DNA of 39,586 nucleotides from Candidatus Uhrbacteria bacterium (GCA_016205995.1 JACQSJ010000024.1:1-39586); one strand, 5' to 3'; counted from the first letter of the stretch, positions 1 through 7,410 are shown. Notes: generated by a model not told the origin, from the sequence alone. Program-made: numbers and translations.

Positions 1-220
1 GTAGGTAATCCTACATTGAGGTGGTCGCGGGGCCCCGTGAAAGGCAAGATCGCGCATTTGGAAACAGTCCTGTCCCTCTCCTGCCCCCTCTCAGGAGTCT
101 CTCCAGGACCGATCGTGTTCCTCCTACCCCGTCGGGGTGTTCAACAAACGGCTACTGTCACGGGTGTTTGCCTGCACCATCGAGAGAGTGCGGAGAATGT
201 CGATCTATCTCTACAACATC

Positions 221-251
221 AAAAAACCGTCTGGCGGTCAAACGGTTTTTT
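221..251. terminator. Bidirectional intrinsic terminator hairpin
   Basis: AAAAAACCGT (221-230) pairs with ACGGTTTTTT (242-251), so there is an A-run on one side and a T-run on the other. It lies downstream of minus-strand serS and downstream of the unassigned plus-strand GC-rich region 1-220. Confidence 0.6.
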
Positions 252-382
252 GCTAAATTTAGTGACTTTATTGTACAGGATCTTTTTACAGTCCGCGAGA
301 GGTTAACAATGTTTTCCCTTACGCACGTGTATTTTCGTGTTCACACACCACGACAAAGTGACAGTGTGAATAAGACCCTCCC

Positions 383-1651
383 CTACGTGCGTTTCACGAT
401 GCGATCTTTACCGACCCATGCGCGCAATACCTCTGGAATCACCACTGAACCATCTGCCTGTTGATCATTTTCTAGGATGGCGACAAGTACGCGGCCGATC
501 GCAAACGCCGTTCCGTTGAGCGCATGCGCGAGCTCATTCTTGCCCTCGAGCTTCACGCGAGTGTTGAGTCGGCGCGTTTGGAAGTCGGTTGTGTTGGAGG
601 TAGAGCTCGTCTCACGGTACGTCTTCTGCGATGGGATCCACGTTTCGATGTCATAGGTGCGGGCCGAGGGGTTCCCGGTGTCGCCGCTACAAAGCTTGAG
701 GACGTGATGCGGGAGCTTGAGACCCTGCATGAGGCGCTCTTGAATTGATAGAAGAAGTTCGTGTTCCTCATCTGAGCGGTCGGCGGAGGTGAAGCTGAAC
801 ATCTCGACCTTATCGAACTGGTGCACACGGATGACACCGCGCGTGTCGCGGCCGTAGGATCCGGCCTCACGGCGGTAACAGGGCGAGAACCCAACGTAGC
901 GCAATGGGAGCTTGTCCCCGTCGATAATCTCGTCCATGAGCATGGGGCCGATCGACTGCTCGCTAGTGCCTATCAGCACAAGGTCGTCATTCTTGAGATG
1001 GTAAATTTCCTCCTCGCCACCGTGCTCGAGGTATCCCATCGCCCCCATGGCCGCGGTTGAAATCATGTGTGGAGGGACGACTGGGACAAACCCGAGCTTG
1101 AGTGTTTCTTGGAGAGCGTACTGGATCAGGGCGAACTCGAGTAGGACGGCATCACCCTTGAGGTAGGCAAAGCGCGCGCCAGAAACTTTGGCCGCGCGAT
1201 CCATGTCGATGAGGTCGAGGTCCGTGCCAAGATCGAGGTGGTCCTTGGGCTCAAAGTCAAACTTCGTTGGCTCGCCAAACGTTCGGAGAAGCTCGTTGCC
1301 TGTTTCGTCTTTTCCCACCGGGACGTCGTCGCGCAAGATGTTTGGATAGCGCTTGAGCTCGGTGGCAAGCTCCCCCTCAACACGGGAGAGTTCCGCCTCT
1401 TTCTCTTTAACCTGCTCCTTGATCCCCTTGCCTTCATCCACGAGGGATTTCCGCTCGTCTTGGGAGGTAACACCTGGGATACGGGCGGCGATCTCGTTGC
1501 CACGGGTACGCAGGGCCTGGACTTCGTGGGTAACGGCCACCCGCTTCTCGTGCAGGGCAATGGCAACTTGGGGATCAATGGATTTGCCACGATTTTTGTT
1601 GTTCTGTGCAACACGTTCTGGCTCCTCCAGGAGTCGTTTGATGTCAATCAT
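383..1651 (-). CDS. serS: Seryl-tRNA synthetase
   Basis: ORF 383..1849 trimmed to the internal ATG at 1649-1651 (MIDIKRLLEEPERV...), giving 423 aa. It has an N-terminal coiled-coil arm and class II aaRS core strings (GTSEQS, RVHQFDKVE, NGTAFAIGR). The 66 upstream codons run through the palindromic hairpins and look non-coding. Confidence 0.93.
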   Translation of the reverse strand: MIDIKRLLEEPERVAQNNKNRGKSIDPQVAIALHEKRVAVTHEVQALRTRGNEIAARIPGVTSQDERKSLVDEGKGIKEQVKEKEAELSRVEGELATELKRYPNILRDDVPVGKDETGNELLRTFGEPTKFDFEPKDHLDLGTDLDLIDMDRAAKVSGARFAYLKGDAVLLEFALIQYALQETLKLGFVPVVPPHMISTAAMGAMGYLEHGGEEEIYHLKNDDLVLIGTSEQSIGPMLMDEIIDGDKLPLRYVGFSPCYRREAGSYGRDTRGVIRVHQFDKVEMFSFTSADRSDEEHELLLSIQERLMQGLKLPHHVLKLCSGDTGNPSARTYDIETWIPSQKTYRETSSTSNTTDFQTRRLNTRVKLEGKNELAHALNGTAFAIGRVLVAILENDQQADGSVVIPEVLRAWVGKDRIVKRT

Positions 1652-1714
1652 ACGCCGAGTATGATGCCCTATTTGAGAAAAAAAGTGAATGTGTGGGAGT
1701 TTCAAAAATATAAG

Positions 1715-1765
1715 CCAGTCGGACATTAAATGTCCGACTGGTCGGATATTTAATGTCCGACCTGG
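1715..1765. repeat. Two adjacent palindromic hairpin repeats (REP-like or IS200 end-like)
   Basis: CCAGTCGGACATTAAATGTCCGACTGG at 1715-1741 is a perfect palindrome with 13-nt arms. A degenerate copy GGTCGGATATTTAATGTCCGACCTGG follows at 1740-1765. They sit between divergent serS and the HUH transposase gene. Confidence 0.85.
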
Positions 1766-1835
1766 TTGACGAAAGTGATATTTTCTGGTGTACTGTAGGT
1801 ATCCCCCTGCTAATTCATCATTGGTTAGGGGGTTT

Positions 1836-2516
1836 ATGTTTTCAGACAATTTTGTTCCAGGCGAGTACTACCACGTCTATAATCGTGGAGTTGATCGAAG
1901 GGTGACCTTCACGGGAAACCAGGACTTTCAAAGATTTTTTGATGGGATGCGAGTGTTTAACACAGCCCAAGATTCTGGGGAGTCGATATCTTTCTTCCGG
2001 CGCTGCCAACGCTCCTATCCAGTTGAACAGCAGCTTGCTCGCATATCGTCATTTTCTCTTATTCCAAACCATTTCCACATGTTGCTCCAAGAAGTATGCG
2101 AAGGCGGCATCTCACTCTTCATGCAGCGACAAGGAAATAGCTACACAAAATACTTCAATAGAAAGGAGCAACGAACCGGCTCTTTGTTTGAGAGCACCTA
2201 CCATGTTAAGCATATCGACTCACAAGCATATCTGGAGCACATAACTCGATACATCCACTTAAATATTCTCGACTTAGTCGGAATCGACTGGAAGGGACAG
2301 GGGGTAGACGATGACAAAAAAGCCCTGGAGTTTCTCAAACGATACCCCTGGTCGAGTTGCTATTACTATCTGAATGATATCGAAACACCGACACTCGATC
2401 TGTCTTTGCTGCGCGGACTTTTTTCTACTCCACAGACACACACCGACTTCATGTTCGACTACCAACCCACTCTACAACCCGACGACCTCATTTTTCCTAA
2501 GCCAGTCGGACATTAA
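1836..2516 (+). CDS. IS200-like / REP-associated tyrosine (Y1, HUH) transposase family protein
   Basis: N-terminal YHVYNRG, HUH motif in PNHFHMLLQ, and a catalytic-Tyr helix RYIHLN. AGGGGG lies 3 nt upstream of ATG 1836; the longer ORF start at 1788 has no such support. The stop codon TAA (2514-2516) sits in the loop of the downstream hairpin. Confidence 0.8.
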   Translation: MFSDNFVPGEYYHVYNRGVDRRVTFTGNQDFQRFFDGMRVFNTAQDSGESISFFRRCQRSYPVEQQLARISSFSLIPNHFHMLLQEVCEGGISLFMQRQGNSYTKYFNRKEQRTGSLFESTYHVKHIDSQAYLEHITRYIHLNILDLVGIDWKGQGVDDDKKALEFLKRYPWSSCYYYLNDIETPTLDLSLLRGLFSTPQTHTDFMFDYQPTLQPDDLIFPKPVGH

Positions 2517-2529
2517 ATGTCCGACTGGC
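2501..2529. repeat. Palindromic hairpin repeat, third copy
   Basis: GCCAGTCGGACATTAAATGTCCGACTGGC has the same core as 1715-1741, with 14-nt arms. It overlaps the transposase stop codon. Confidence 0.85.
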
Positions 2530-2577
2530 AAAGTAAAAGACGAGGAGTGGATCCTCGTCCGTAGTGAGTCGAGCGGG

Positions 2578-4281
2578 CTATTTCAGGCCCGTGCACATCT
2601 TGAACCTGCTGTCGCAGGTAATCGTTGTCGTTCCAGCCACCGTGAGAGTCCCCGTCTGAGGTGCCTCGCGACCTGGCATTTCCACGCTCACGCGATACGT
2701 CCCTTGCGGAACCTCGTGCGTGCCACCCGTGAGGGTGAACGTACCGCCTTCGCCTGAGAGCGTGACGGTCGCCATCGTGTCGGCCTTGAGGACCAGACGG
2801 ACCTGGGCCTTCTCGACGATCGCCACTTCCGTCTGCGGAAGCGGGGTCACCCTGGAGGTTGGCTGCGCCCTCACGACCGGAGCGGGAGTTGGGGTGGGTT
2901 GAAGTGCCACCACCGTGGGCTCGGGCACCGCGAGCGCGGGAAGGGGCATCGGCTGCTCCACGGGCGCGGGAGGAGCGATCTGGGCGATCGGCTCCGAGGC
3001 GGCCGGCTCGGGCTTGGGCTCGGAACGCGTGGCGAACCACACACCCACGACCGCGAGCACGAGCAGGACAGCGCCCGCGATCGGGGCGACATGCCGCAGA
3101 ACGCGGCGCTTGGCCGCGTTGCGCAGCGCATCGATCTGAGCCTGATCCGCCCGTTGATCTACCGGAGGCAGGATCGTTCCCGTGGGAGGAGCATCGGATG
3201 CTCCTTGCACGGAATCCGTCTCCGGAAGCCGCGCAAGCCCCAAGCGATGGGCGAACCCGGCCTGACTGACGACCGGAGCTCCATCTGGCGATGCAGACAC
3301 CTCGTACCCCGGCTGGGCACGCGTGAGCACTGGCTGCATCCCGCTCGCCTCGTGGACCGGCTGAGCGGCGTTGAACACGCCCTCGAGCTCGGCCTTGACC
3401 CCAGGAGCGCTTCCCAGCGCCGGCGTGTCCGCCGGATCATCGGGAAGGCCCGAGGCGAGGTAAATCTCCAGCTCGTCGGCCATGGCCGCCGCACTTTCGA
3501 ATCGGCTCTCGGGACTCTCGCTGGTGGCCATGCGGATGACCATCTGGAGCACGTCGGGAACGTCGTCGAGCCGCTCGGGGTACTTCTCGAGCTGCCGAAA
3601 GAAGGCTTCCTGGCCGAGCTTTCCACACGTGAGCATGACGTAGAGCGTCACCCCCATGGCGTGGACGTCAGCGCGATGATCGATCAGATCGAGTTCCCCC
3701 GCGAGTTGCTCGGGGGGCATGTACGCGAACGTCCCCATTGTCGAGCCCTCACGGGTCAGGAACCGAGATCCCTCTCCCACGCGGGCGATACCGAAGTCGG
3801 TGATCTTGGGCGTGCCGTCCTTGTCGAAGAGGATGTTCTGCGGCTTCACGTCCCGATGGACCACACCCTGGTCATGCGCCGCTTGCAGACCCCGGAGGAT
3901 CGCAATCGCGACGCGGACGGCCTGCTTGGGCGGCATCTTGCCGAACTGACTCAGATGCTGGTCCAGCGTTCCTCCCTCGAGGAAGTCCATGACGAGGTAG
4001 GGGAAGTCCCCCACCTCTCCCAGCTCGTGCACGCGCACCACGTTCTGGTGGCTGAGGCTGTGCATGATGCTCGCCTCGGTGTCGAACCGTTCGCGGATGA
4101 TCTGGGACTTGAGCAGGGCCGGATGGACGAGCTTCATGGCTCGCGGGCCGAACACACGGTGCCGCACCCTGAGCACGTACCCAGCCCCACCGACTCCCAG
4201 AATCCGTTCGACGGTGTAGACCGTGAGAGGCGCGAGCATCGCCCGCACCTCTTCGAGCGCCCTACGTTCTTCCTCGTTCAT
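2578..4281 (-). CDS. Transmembrane Hanks-type Ser/Thr protein kinase with a C-terminal PEGA-like ectodomain
   Basis: Kinase motifs: G-loop GVGGAGYV, AMKL lysine, HRDVKPQN, DFG, PPE. One predicted TM helix (VAPIAGAVLLVLAVVGVWFA), a Pro-rich linker and a beta-rich C-terminus (VPQGTYRVSVEMPG). The start ATG overlaps the stop of the upstream gene (ATGA). Confidence 0.9.
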   Translation of the reverse strand: MNEEERRALEEVRAMLAPLTVYTVERILGVGGAGYVLRVRHRVFGPRAMKLVHPALLKSQIIRERFDTEASIMHSLSHQNVVRVHELGEVGDFPYLVMDFLEGGTLDQHLSQFGKMPPKQAVRVAIAILRGLQAAHDQGVVHRDVKPQNILFDKDGTPKITDFGIARVGEGSRFLTREGSTMGTFAYMPPEQLAGELDLIDHRADVHAMGVTLYVMLTCGKLGQEAFFRQLEKYPERLDDVPDVLQMVIRMATSESPESRFESAAAMADELEIYLASGLPDDPADTPALGSAPGVKAELEGVFNAAQPVHEASGMQPVLTRAQPGYEVSASPDGAPVVSQAGFAHRLGLARLPETDSVQGASDAPPTGTILPPVDQRADQAQIDALRNAAKRRVLRHVAPIAGAVLLVLAVVGVWFATRSEPKPEPAASEPIAQIAPPAPVEQPMPLPALAVPEPTVVALQPTPTPAPVVRAQPTSRVTPLPQTEVAIVEKAQVRLVLKADTMATVTLSGEGGTFTLTGGTHEVPQGTYRVSVEMPGREAPQTGTLTVAGTTTITCDSRFKMCTGLK

Positions 4282-5246
4282 GGCGAGGCAGCCTCCCCCG
4301 ACGCTCCGGTCGGGGCTCCGACCCTAATGGCGTCGGAGCTGTGTGGGGTTGGGATGGCCTTGTGGGGACCGAACTTCACCGTGAAGCCGATCCCAAAGCC
4401 AGTACACACGAGTGCCGTGCCACCCGAGATGAGCGACACGGTTCCCAGCGCGTTGGCGCGAGATTGGAGTCCGGCGAGATCGCCGTCGGCCGTGTTTGGG
4501 TCTTGGTAGAGGTCCTTCTGGGACATGGCAACCCCATAGAGGACGCCACCGACCGCGGCCGCGATGCCTGAGGCAACGAACCAGGGACGCGGATCCCGAA
4601 GAACCCGCGGCCGCTGGAGCTCGTCCAGGTTGATCCCGAGGTCTTGCGCGGTCAGCCCGAAAGCGTTGCCGCTCCAGTTGGGAGTCGCTTCGCCCGGCTG
4701 GACGTAGCGGGTCTCCCGCAGGGTGTCGACCTCTTCGACGACCTGGTAGACCTGGATGATCACGGGGGTGAGCGAGTAGCGCGCGGAGTTCCGCACGCCA
4801 CCCACCAGGACGTACCCACCAGGAGGCGGATAGATCTTCTCGCCGTCACCGTCGGGCATCGTCTCGGCCGCCTTGTAGAGCGCAAGCAGAGGATGCCCCT
4901 CGCCTGCAACGTCCTCGGGAAACGCGTAGCCGGGCTGCAGCAGCAGACTCGCGTGGAGCTCCTGTTTGGCGCGGGTGTAGTTCCCTCCGATGAAGGCCTC
5001 CATGGCCATGAGGCGATGAAACGCGGCCGCGTCTTCCTTGGTCAGCGGCTCATCCACGCACGGCAGGATCTGCGTGCGCACGAGACTTGCCTGCGTGAGC
5101 AGGGCCTCGGCGTCGAGCGCCGCGAAGGCTTGCTCCGCGGTACGTCCGGCATCGCCCAGCTGTGCGACATGAGTCGATTCCTCGCACGCAGCATTCGCCA
5201 CCTGCGGGATCATCAGGCACAGCGCCATGAGCAGCAGCTTGAACAT
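4278..5246 (-). CDS. Hypothetical secreted / C-terminally membrane-anchored protein co-transcribed with the kinase
   Basis: ORF 4278..5315 trimmed to the ATG at 5246, which is preceded by GGAGGG. Signal peptide MFKLLLMALCLMIPQVANA. Two hydrophobic C-terminal helices. The 4-nt overlap with the kinase start implies translational coupling. I did not recognise the family. Confidence 0.7.
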   Translation of the reverse strand: MFKLLLMALCLMIPQVANAACEESTHVAQLGDAGRTAEQAFAALDAEALLTQASLVRTQILPCVDEPLTKEDAAAFHRLMAMEAFIGGNYTRAKQELHASLLLQPGYAFPEDVAGEGHPLLALYKAAETMPDGDGEKIYPPPGGYVLVGGVRNSARYSLTPVIIQVYQVVEEVDTLRETRYVQPGEATPNWSGNAFGLTAQDLGINLDELQRPRVLRDPRPWFVASGIAAAVGGVLYGVAMSQKDLYQDPNTADGDLAGLQSRANALGTVSLISGGTALVCTGFGIGFTVKFGPHKAIPTPHSSDAIRVGAPTGASGEAASP

Positions 5247-5388
5247 CGGGTATCCCTCCGGTGGGTTGATCTGATTGAGTGAGAAATTGGAAAGAACGAC
5301 GGCTTTTTTTAGCATTATTTACCGCCTGCGTCAATAGTAGCATGGTTCACAAAAGCTCAGATTCTGGCGCTCTATCCCCAACGACCCA

Positions 5389-5469
5389 TTGACGATGGAA
5401 GAAAAACCTGTTGTGATGGTTCTGTAAGAACCCCTTCATTGCCTGCTTGTCGGGCTGGGGGTTCTTTTT
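5389..5469 (+). promoter_or_regulatory. Promoter-like TTGACG-17-TGTGAT followed directly by a hairpin and T-run (module A)
   Basis: -35 at 5389-5394 and -10 at 5412-5417. Stem AAGAACCCC (5426-5434) pairs with GGGGTTCTT (5457-5465), then TTTTT to 5469. Paralogous to module B at 6152-6231. Confidence 0.45.
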
Positions 5470-5483
5470 GTTCGACCTAATCG

Positions 5484-5519
5484 GGAACATAAATTTTTCG
5501 ATCGTGAAAATTATGTTCC
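5484..5519. repeat. 36-bp imperfect palindrome, copy 1 (inverted relative to copies 2 and 3)
   Basis: GGAACATAAATTTTTCGATCGTGAAAATTATGTTCC. Its reverse complement matches copies 2 and 3 over the first 26 nt. It ends 6 nt before the ATG at 5526. Confidence 0.9.
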
Positions 5520-5525
5520 AGACAT

Positions 5526-6050
5526 ATGGCAATTAATAAAAGACCCCATACCGTAACCCAAGAAATCATCGATATGCTGGTTGAAGCCAGCGATCTTACT
5601 ATTGAGTGGATTAATAACCCGTACAAACAGTACAGACGGATTCGAGGAGTCATGGAGCCGGAGGAGTGGAATCGAATCTTTCGGGAAAAAAAGAAACGCC
5701 GGGTTTTGAAGGAACTCAAACGCAAGAAGTGGCTTACTGAGCGACGGGAAGGAAACCAAATCGTTTATGAATTGGAAGCATCAGTTGCCATCCGCCGCCT
5801 CAAGACAGCAATCAGATCAAAGGTTGCCTTCCTACCGGAACCATCGATTGTTTTGGTTGCGTTTGATTTTCCTGAAGCAGCAAGAAAGGCTCGGGACTCT
5901 TTTCGCTATTTTCTGAAGTCGGCTGGTTTCGCCAAAAAACAACTCAGTGTCTGGTTCACTAATAAGTCCGTTCTAGATGAAATACAGGCACTGGTCCGTA
6001 TGCTCAATCTTGAAAAATGGGTCAACGTTTTCCTAACTCACGGAACATAA
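5526..6050 (+). CDS. Winged-helix DNA-binding protein with a Cas2-like ferredoxin-fold module (truncated PaaX-like regulator)
   Basis: 174 aa. A basic wHTH-like segment (RVLKELKRKKWLTERREGNQIVYELE) is followed by a beta-alpha-beta pattern resembling Cas2/PaaX-central domains (IVLVAFDFPE / ARKARDSFRYFLKSAGF / KKQLSVWFT). AT-richer than its neighbours and no obvious SD. The fold assignment is pattern-based, not searched. Confidence 0.65.
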   Translation: MAINKRPHTVTQEIIDMLVEASDLTIEWINNPYKQYRRIRGVMEPEEWNRIFREKKKRRVLKELKRKKWLTERREGNQIVYELEASVAIRRLKTAIRSKVAFLPEPSIVLVAFDFPEAARKARDSFRYFLKSAGFAKKQLSVWFTNKSVLDEIQALVRMLNLEKWVNVFLTHGT

Positions 6051-6077
6051 TTTTCACGATCGAAAAAAGATTGTTCC
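6042..6077. repeat. 36-bp imperfect palindrome, copy 2
   Basis: GGAACATAATTTTCACGATCGAAAAAAGATTGTTCC. The 39-nt string at 6041-6079 is identical to 7410-7448. It contains the stop codon (6048-6050) of the preceding gene. Confidence 0.92.
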
Positions 6078-6079
6078 TT

Positions 6080-6100
6080 AACTATCCACAGCTCACCCAC
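6080..6100 (+). promoter_or_regulatory. Conserved 21-bp box AACTATCCACAGCTCACCCAC
   Basis: 20 of 21 nt identical to 7539-7559. It lies 51 nt upstream of a TTGACA -35. A degenerate relative, CTATCCCCAACGACCCA, is at 5372-5388. Confidence 0.6.
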
Positions 6101-6151
6101 GTTTATTATTAGAAAAGACGAGACTGACTGATTTTCGTGGAAAGGAATGTG

Positions 6152-6231
6152 TTGACAGGAGCGAAAAAAAATGATGTGATGGATGTAGAAGAACCCTCTC
6201 CTCTTCACCAGATCAACGGGTTCTTCTTTTT
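6152..6231 (+). promoter_or_regulatory. Promoter-like TTGACA-17-TGTGAT followed directly by a hairpin and T-run (module B)
   Basis: -35 at 6152-6157 and -10 at 6175-6180. Stem AGAAGAACCC (6187-6196) pairs with GGGTTCTTCT (6218-6227), then TTTT. It sits in the leader of the 6258 gene. Stem sequence is conserved with module A, but the loop is not. Confidence 0.45.
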
Positions 6232-6257
6232 GTTGATCTGACAGCCAGGAGGCTAGA

Positions 6258-6539
6258 ATGCGTTCCTTCATCGTCGCAATCGCAGTGCTGGCAGCAATCG
6301 CAGTGCTCATGTTCACTCGGAGTGAACCCAAGACAAGTGTCTTCGGGATGCCGCCCATGCCGTGCGAAGCGACCAGCGTCTCCGACGCACAGACATTGTG
6401 CCTGGACATCGACTTGGCCTCCACGCAGATTCCGCACAACGATCTGCATGCCATCATGCACCCGTGCCACAACTTCCCCGTCGATCTGGGAAATGACTAC
6501 ATGGTGGTCGTCTCCGCACCAAACGGGGCCGCTCCCTAG
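6258..6539 (+). CDS. Small secreted Cys-containing protein (hypothetical)
   Basis: 93 aa. SD AGGAGG lies 7 nt upstream. N-terminal hydrophobic signal/anchor MRSFIVAIAVLAAIAVLMF. Three Cys in the mature part. Followed by terminator 6545-6568. Confidence 0.65.
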   Translation: MRSFIVAIAVLAAIAVLMFTRSEPKTSVFGMPPMPCEATSVSDAQTLCLDIDLASTQIPHNDLHAIMHPCHNFPVDLGNDYMVVVSAPNGAAP

Positions 6540-6544
6540 CTCTC

Positions 6545-6568
6545 GCGCCGATACGCTCGGCGCTTTTT
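6545..6568 (+). terminator. Intrinsic terminator
   Basis: GCGCCGA-tacgc-TCGGCGC followed by TTTTT. Confidence 0.7.
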
Positions 6569-6576
6569 CTTTAAGC

Positions 6577-6598
6577 AAAAAGATGGCCGTGAGCCATC
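6577..6598 (-). terminator. Intrinsic terminator for the convergent HExxH gene
   Basis: On the minus strand: GATGGC-tcacg-GCCATC followed by TTTTT. Confidence 0.6.
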
Positions 6599-6605
6599 GT
6601 ATGGG

Positions 6606-7310
6606 CTACATGCCCAGCATGTGTTGCCAGTGCGCCGGGCAGGAATCGTGCCTACCGGCGGAGAGCGCGGCGAACAACGCACGGTCGAACGCCTTGGGAT
6701 CGGACGAACAGTACGGCAGTCGATCGTACCCGGTCATGCGGGCGAAGTCGCACTCCCGCTCGTACGCCTCACGCTCCAGGTTCCAGCCCGCCTCGCACTG
6801 GTCGGGCGAGTCGTTCGGATCCGTGATCACCGTAGAGGCGTATCGACCCGAGTCGATCTGTTCGAAGTGCACGGCTTCGTGAAGCAGGATGATGTCGAAA
6901 TACTTCCTTTCGAGTGGACGTCCGACACGCGCAGGCACGATGATCTGAGGACTCAGATACAGGGTACCCTTCAAGCCGACCGTGGTGTGTTCACGGTCGA
7001 AGACCGGTGCCGGTACGAATCGTCCGGAAGCCTCAGCGCGATCCAGCAGCCTAATGACCACCTCCTTGGACTCGACCTTCGACCAGAGAACATGCGAGAC
7101 TTCTGGCATCGGGTGGTTCTTGATCGCGTCGATGATGAACGATCCATCGAGATCAGGATCGAGGCGCAGGAGAACCGGTTCTTCGGCTGCCTGCTTCACC
7201 TGCGTGCTCGTCGCCGTAGCAGCCATCGCGGAGACCGGCTCCGTCTTGGACTCCCCGAGAAGCAAGAAGAGAAGGAGGACGGAAATGATGATGAGGAACA
7301 CCGAACGCAT
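6606..7310 (-). CDS. Secreted putative zinc metallopeptidase (HExxH protein)
   Basis: 234 aa. Signal peptide MRSVFLIIISVLLLFLLLG, HEAVH motif (ILLHEAVHFEQ) and four Cys. AGGAG SD and its own TTGACA-17-TAAATT promoter. Chosen over the antisense ORF 6621..7316, which lacks all of these. Confidence 0.7.
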   Translation of the reverse strand: MRSVFLIIISVLLLFLLLGESKTEPVSAMAATATSTQVKQAAEEPVLLRLDPDLDGSFIIDAIKNHPMPEVSHVLWSKVESKEVVIRLLDRAEASGRFVPAPVFDREHTTVGLKGTLYLSPQIIVPARVGRPLERKYFDIILLHEAVHFEQIDSGRYASTVITDPNDSPDQCEAGWNLEREAYERECDFARMTGYDRLPYCSSDPKAFDRALFAALSAGRHDSCPAHWQHMLGM

Positions 7311-7361
7311 GATTGACTCCTGATCGTTGCGTCGATGCGGAATTGCATGACGAAACGTGAC

Positions 7362-7390
7362 AATTTACAACATTTTATCCAATCTGTCAA
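7362..7390 (-). promoter_or_regulatory. Sigma70-like promoter of the HExxH gene
   Basis: Minus strand: TTGACA (7385-7390), a 17-nt spacer, then TAAATT (7362-7367). Palindrome copy 3 begins 20 nt upstream of the -35. Confidence 0.5.
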
Positions 7391-7410
7391 CGGCTCGTAT
7401 GGGACTCAAC

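Larger units (their letters stand above)
1715..2529 (+). mobile_element. IS200/IS605-like or REP/RAYT unit: Y1 HUH transposase flanked by hairpins
   Basis: A single transposase-family ORF is bracketed by the same 27-nt palindrome on both sides. The segment is visibly AT-richer than its neighbours. Confidence 0.5.

Noticed and set aside
1652-1790. T-box leaders might lie upstream of serS, argS or valS.
   Set aside because: Only about 60 nt separate serS from the REP hairpins. argS overlaps valS, and the valS upstream region lies outside the window. No specifier-loop or T-box (AGGGUGGUACCGCG-like) sequence was seen.
1652-1849. The listed ORFs carry N-terminal extensions: serS to 1849, argS to 38030, the galE-like gene to 21893, 4278-gene to 5315 and 27780-gene to 28856.
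   Set aside because: The extensions run through hairpin repeats, the upstream gene or terminators, and they do not resemble the protein families. Internal ATGs match canonical N-termini and have better ribosome-binding context.
2899-4509. A 536-aa plus-strand ORF lies antisense to the kinase and its partner gene.
   Set aside because: The Arg/Gly/His-rich low-complexity translation is typical of the antisense frame of GC-rich genes. It has no motifs, while the opposite strand has unambiguous kinase motifs.
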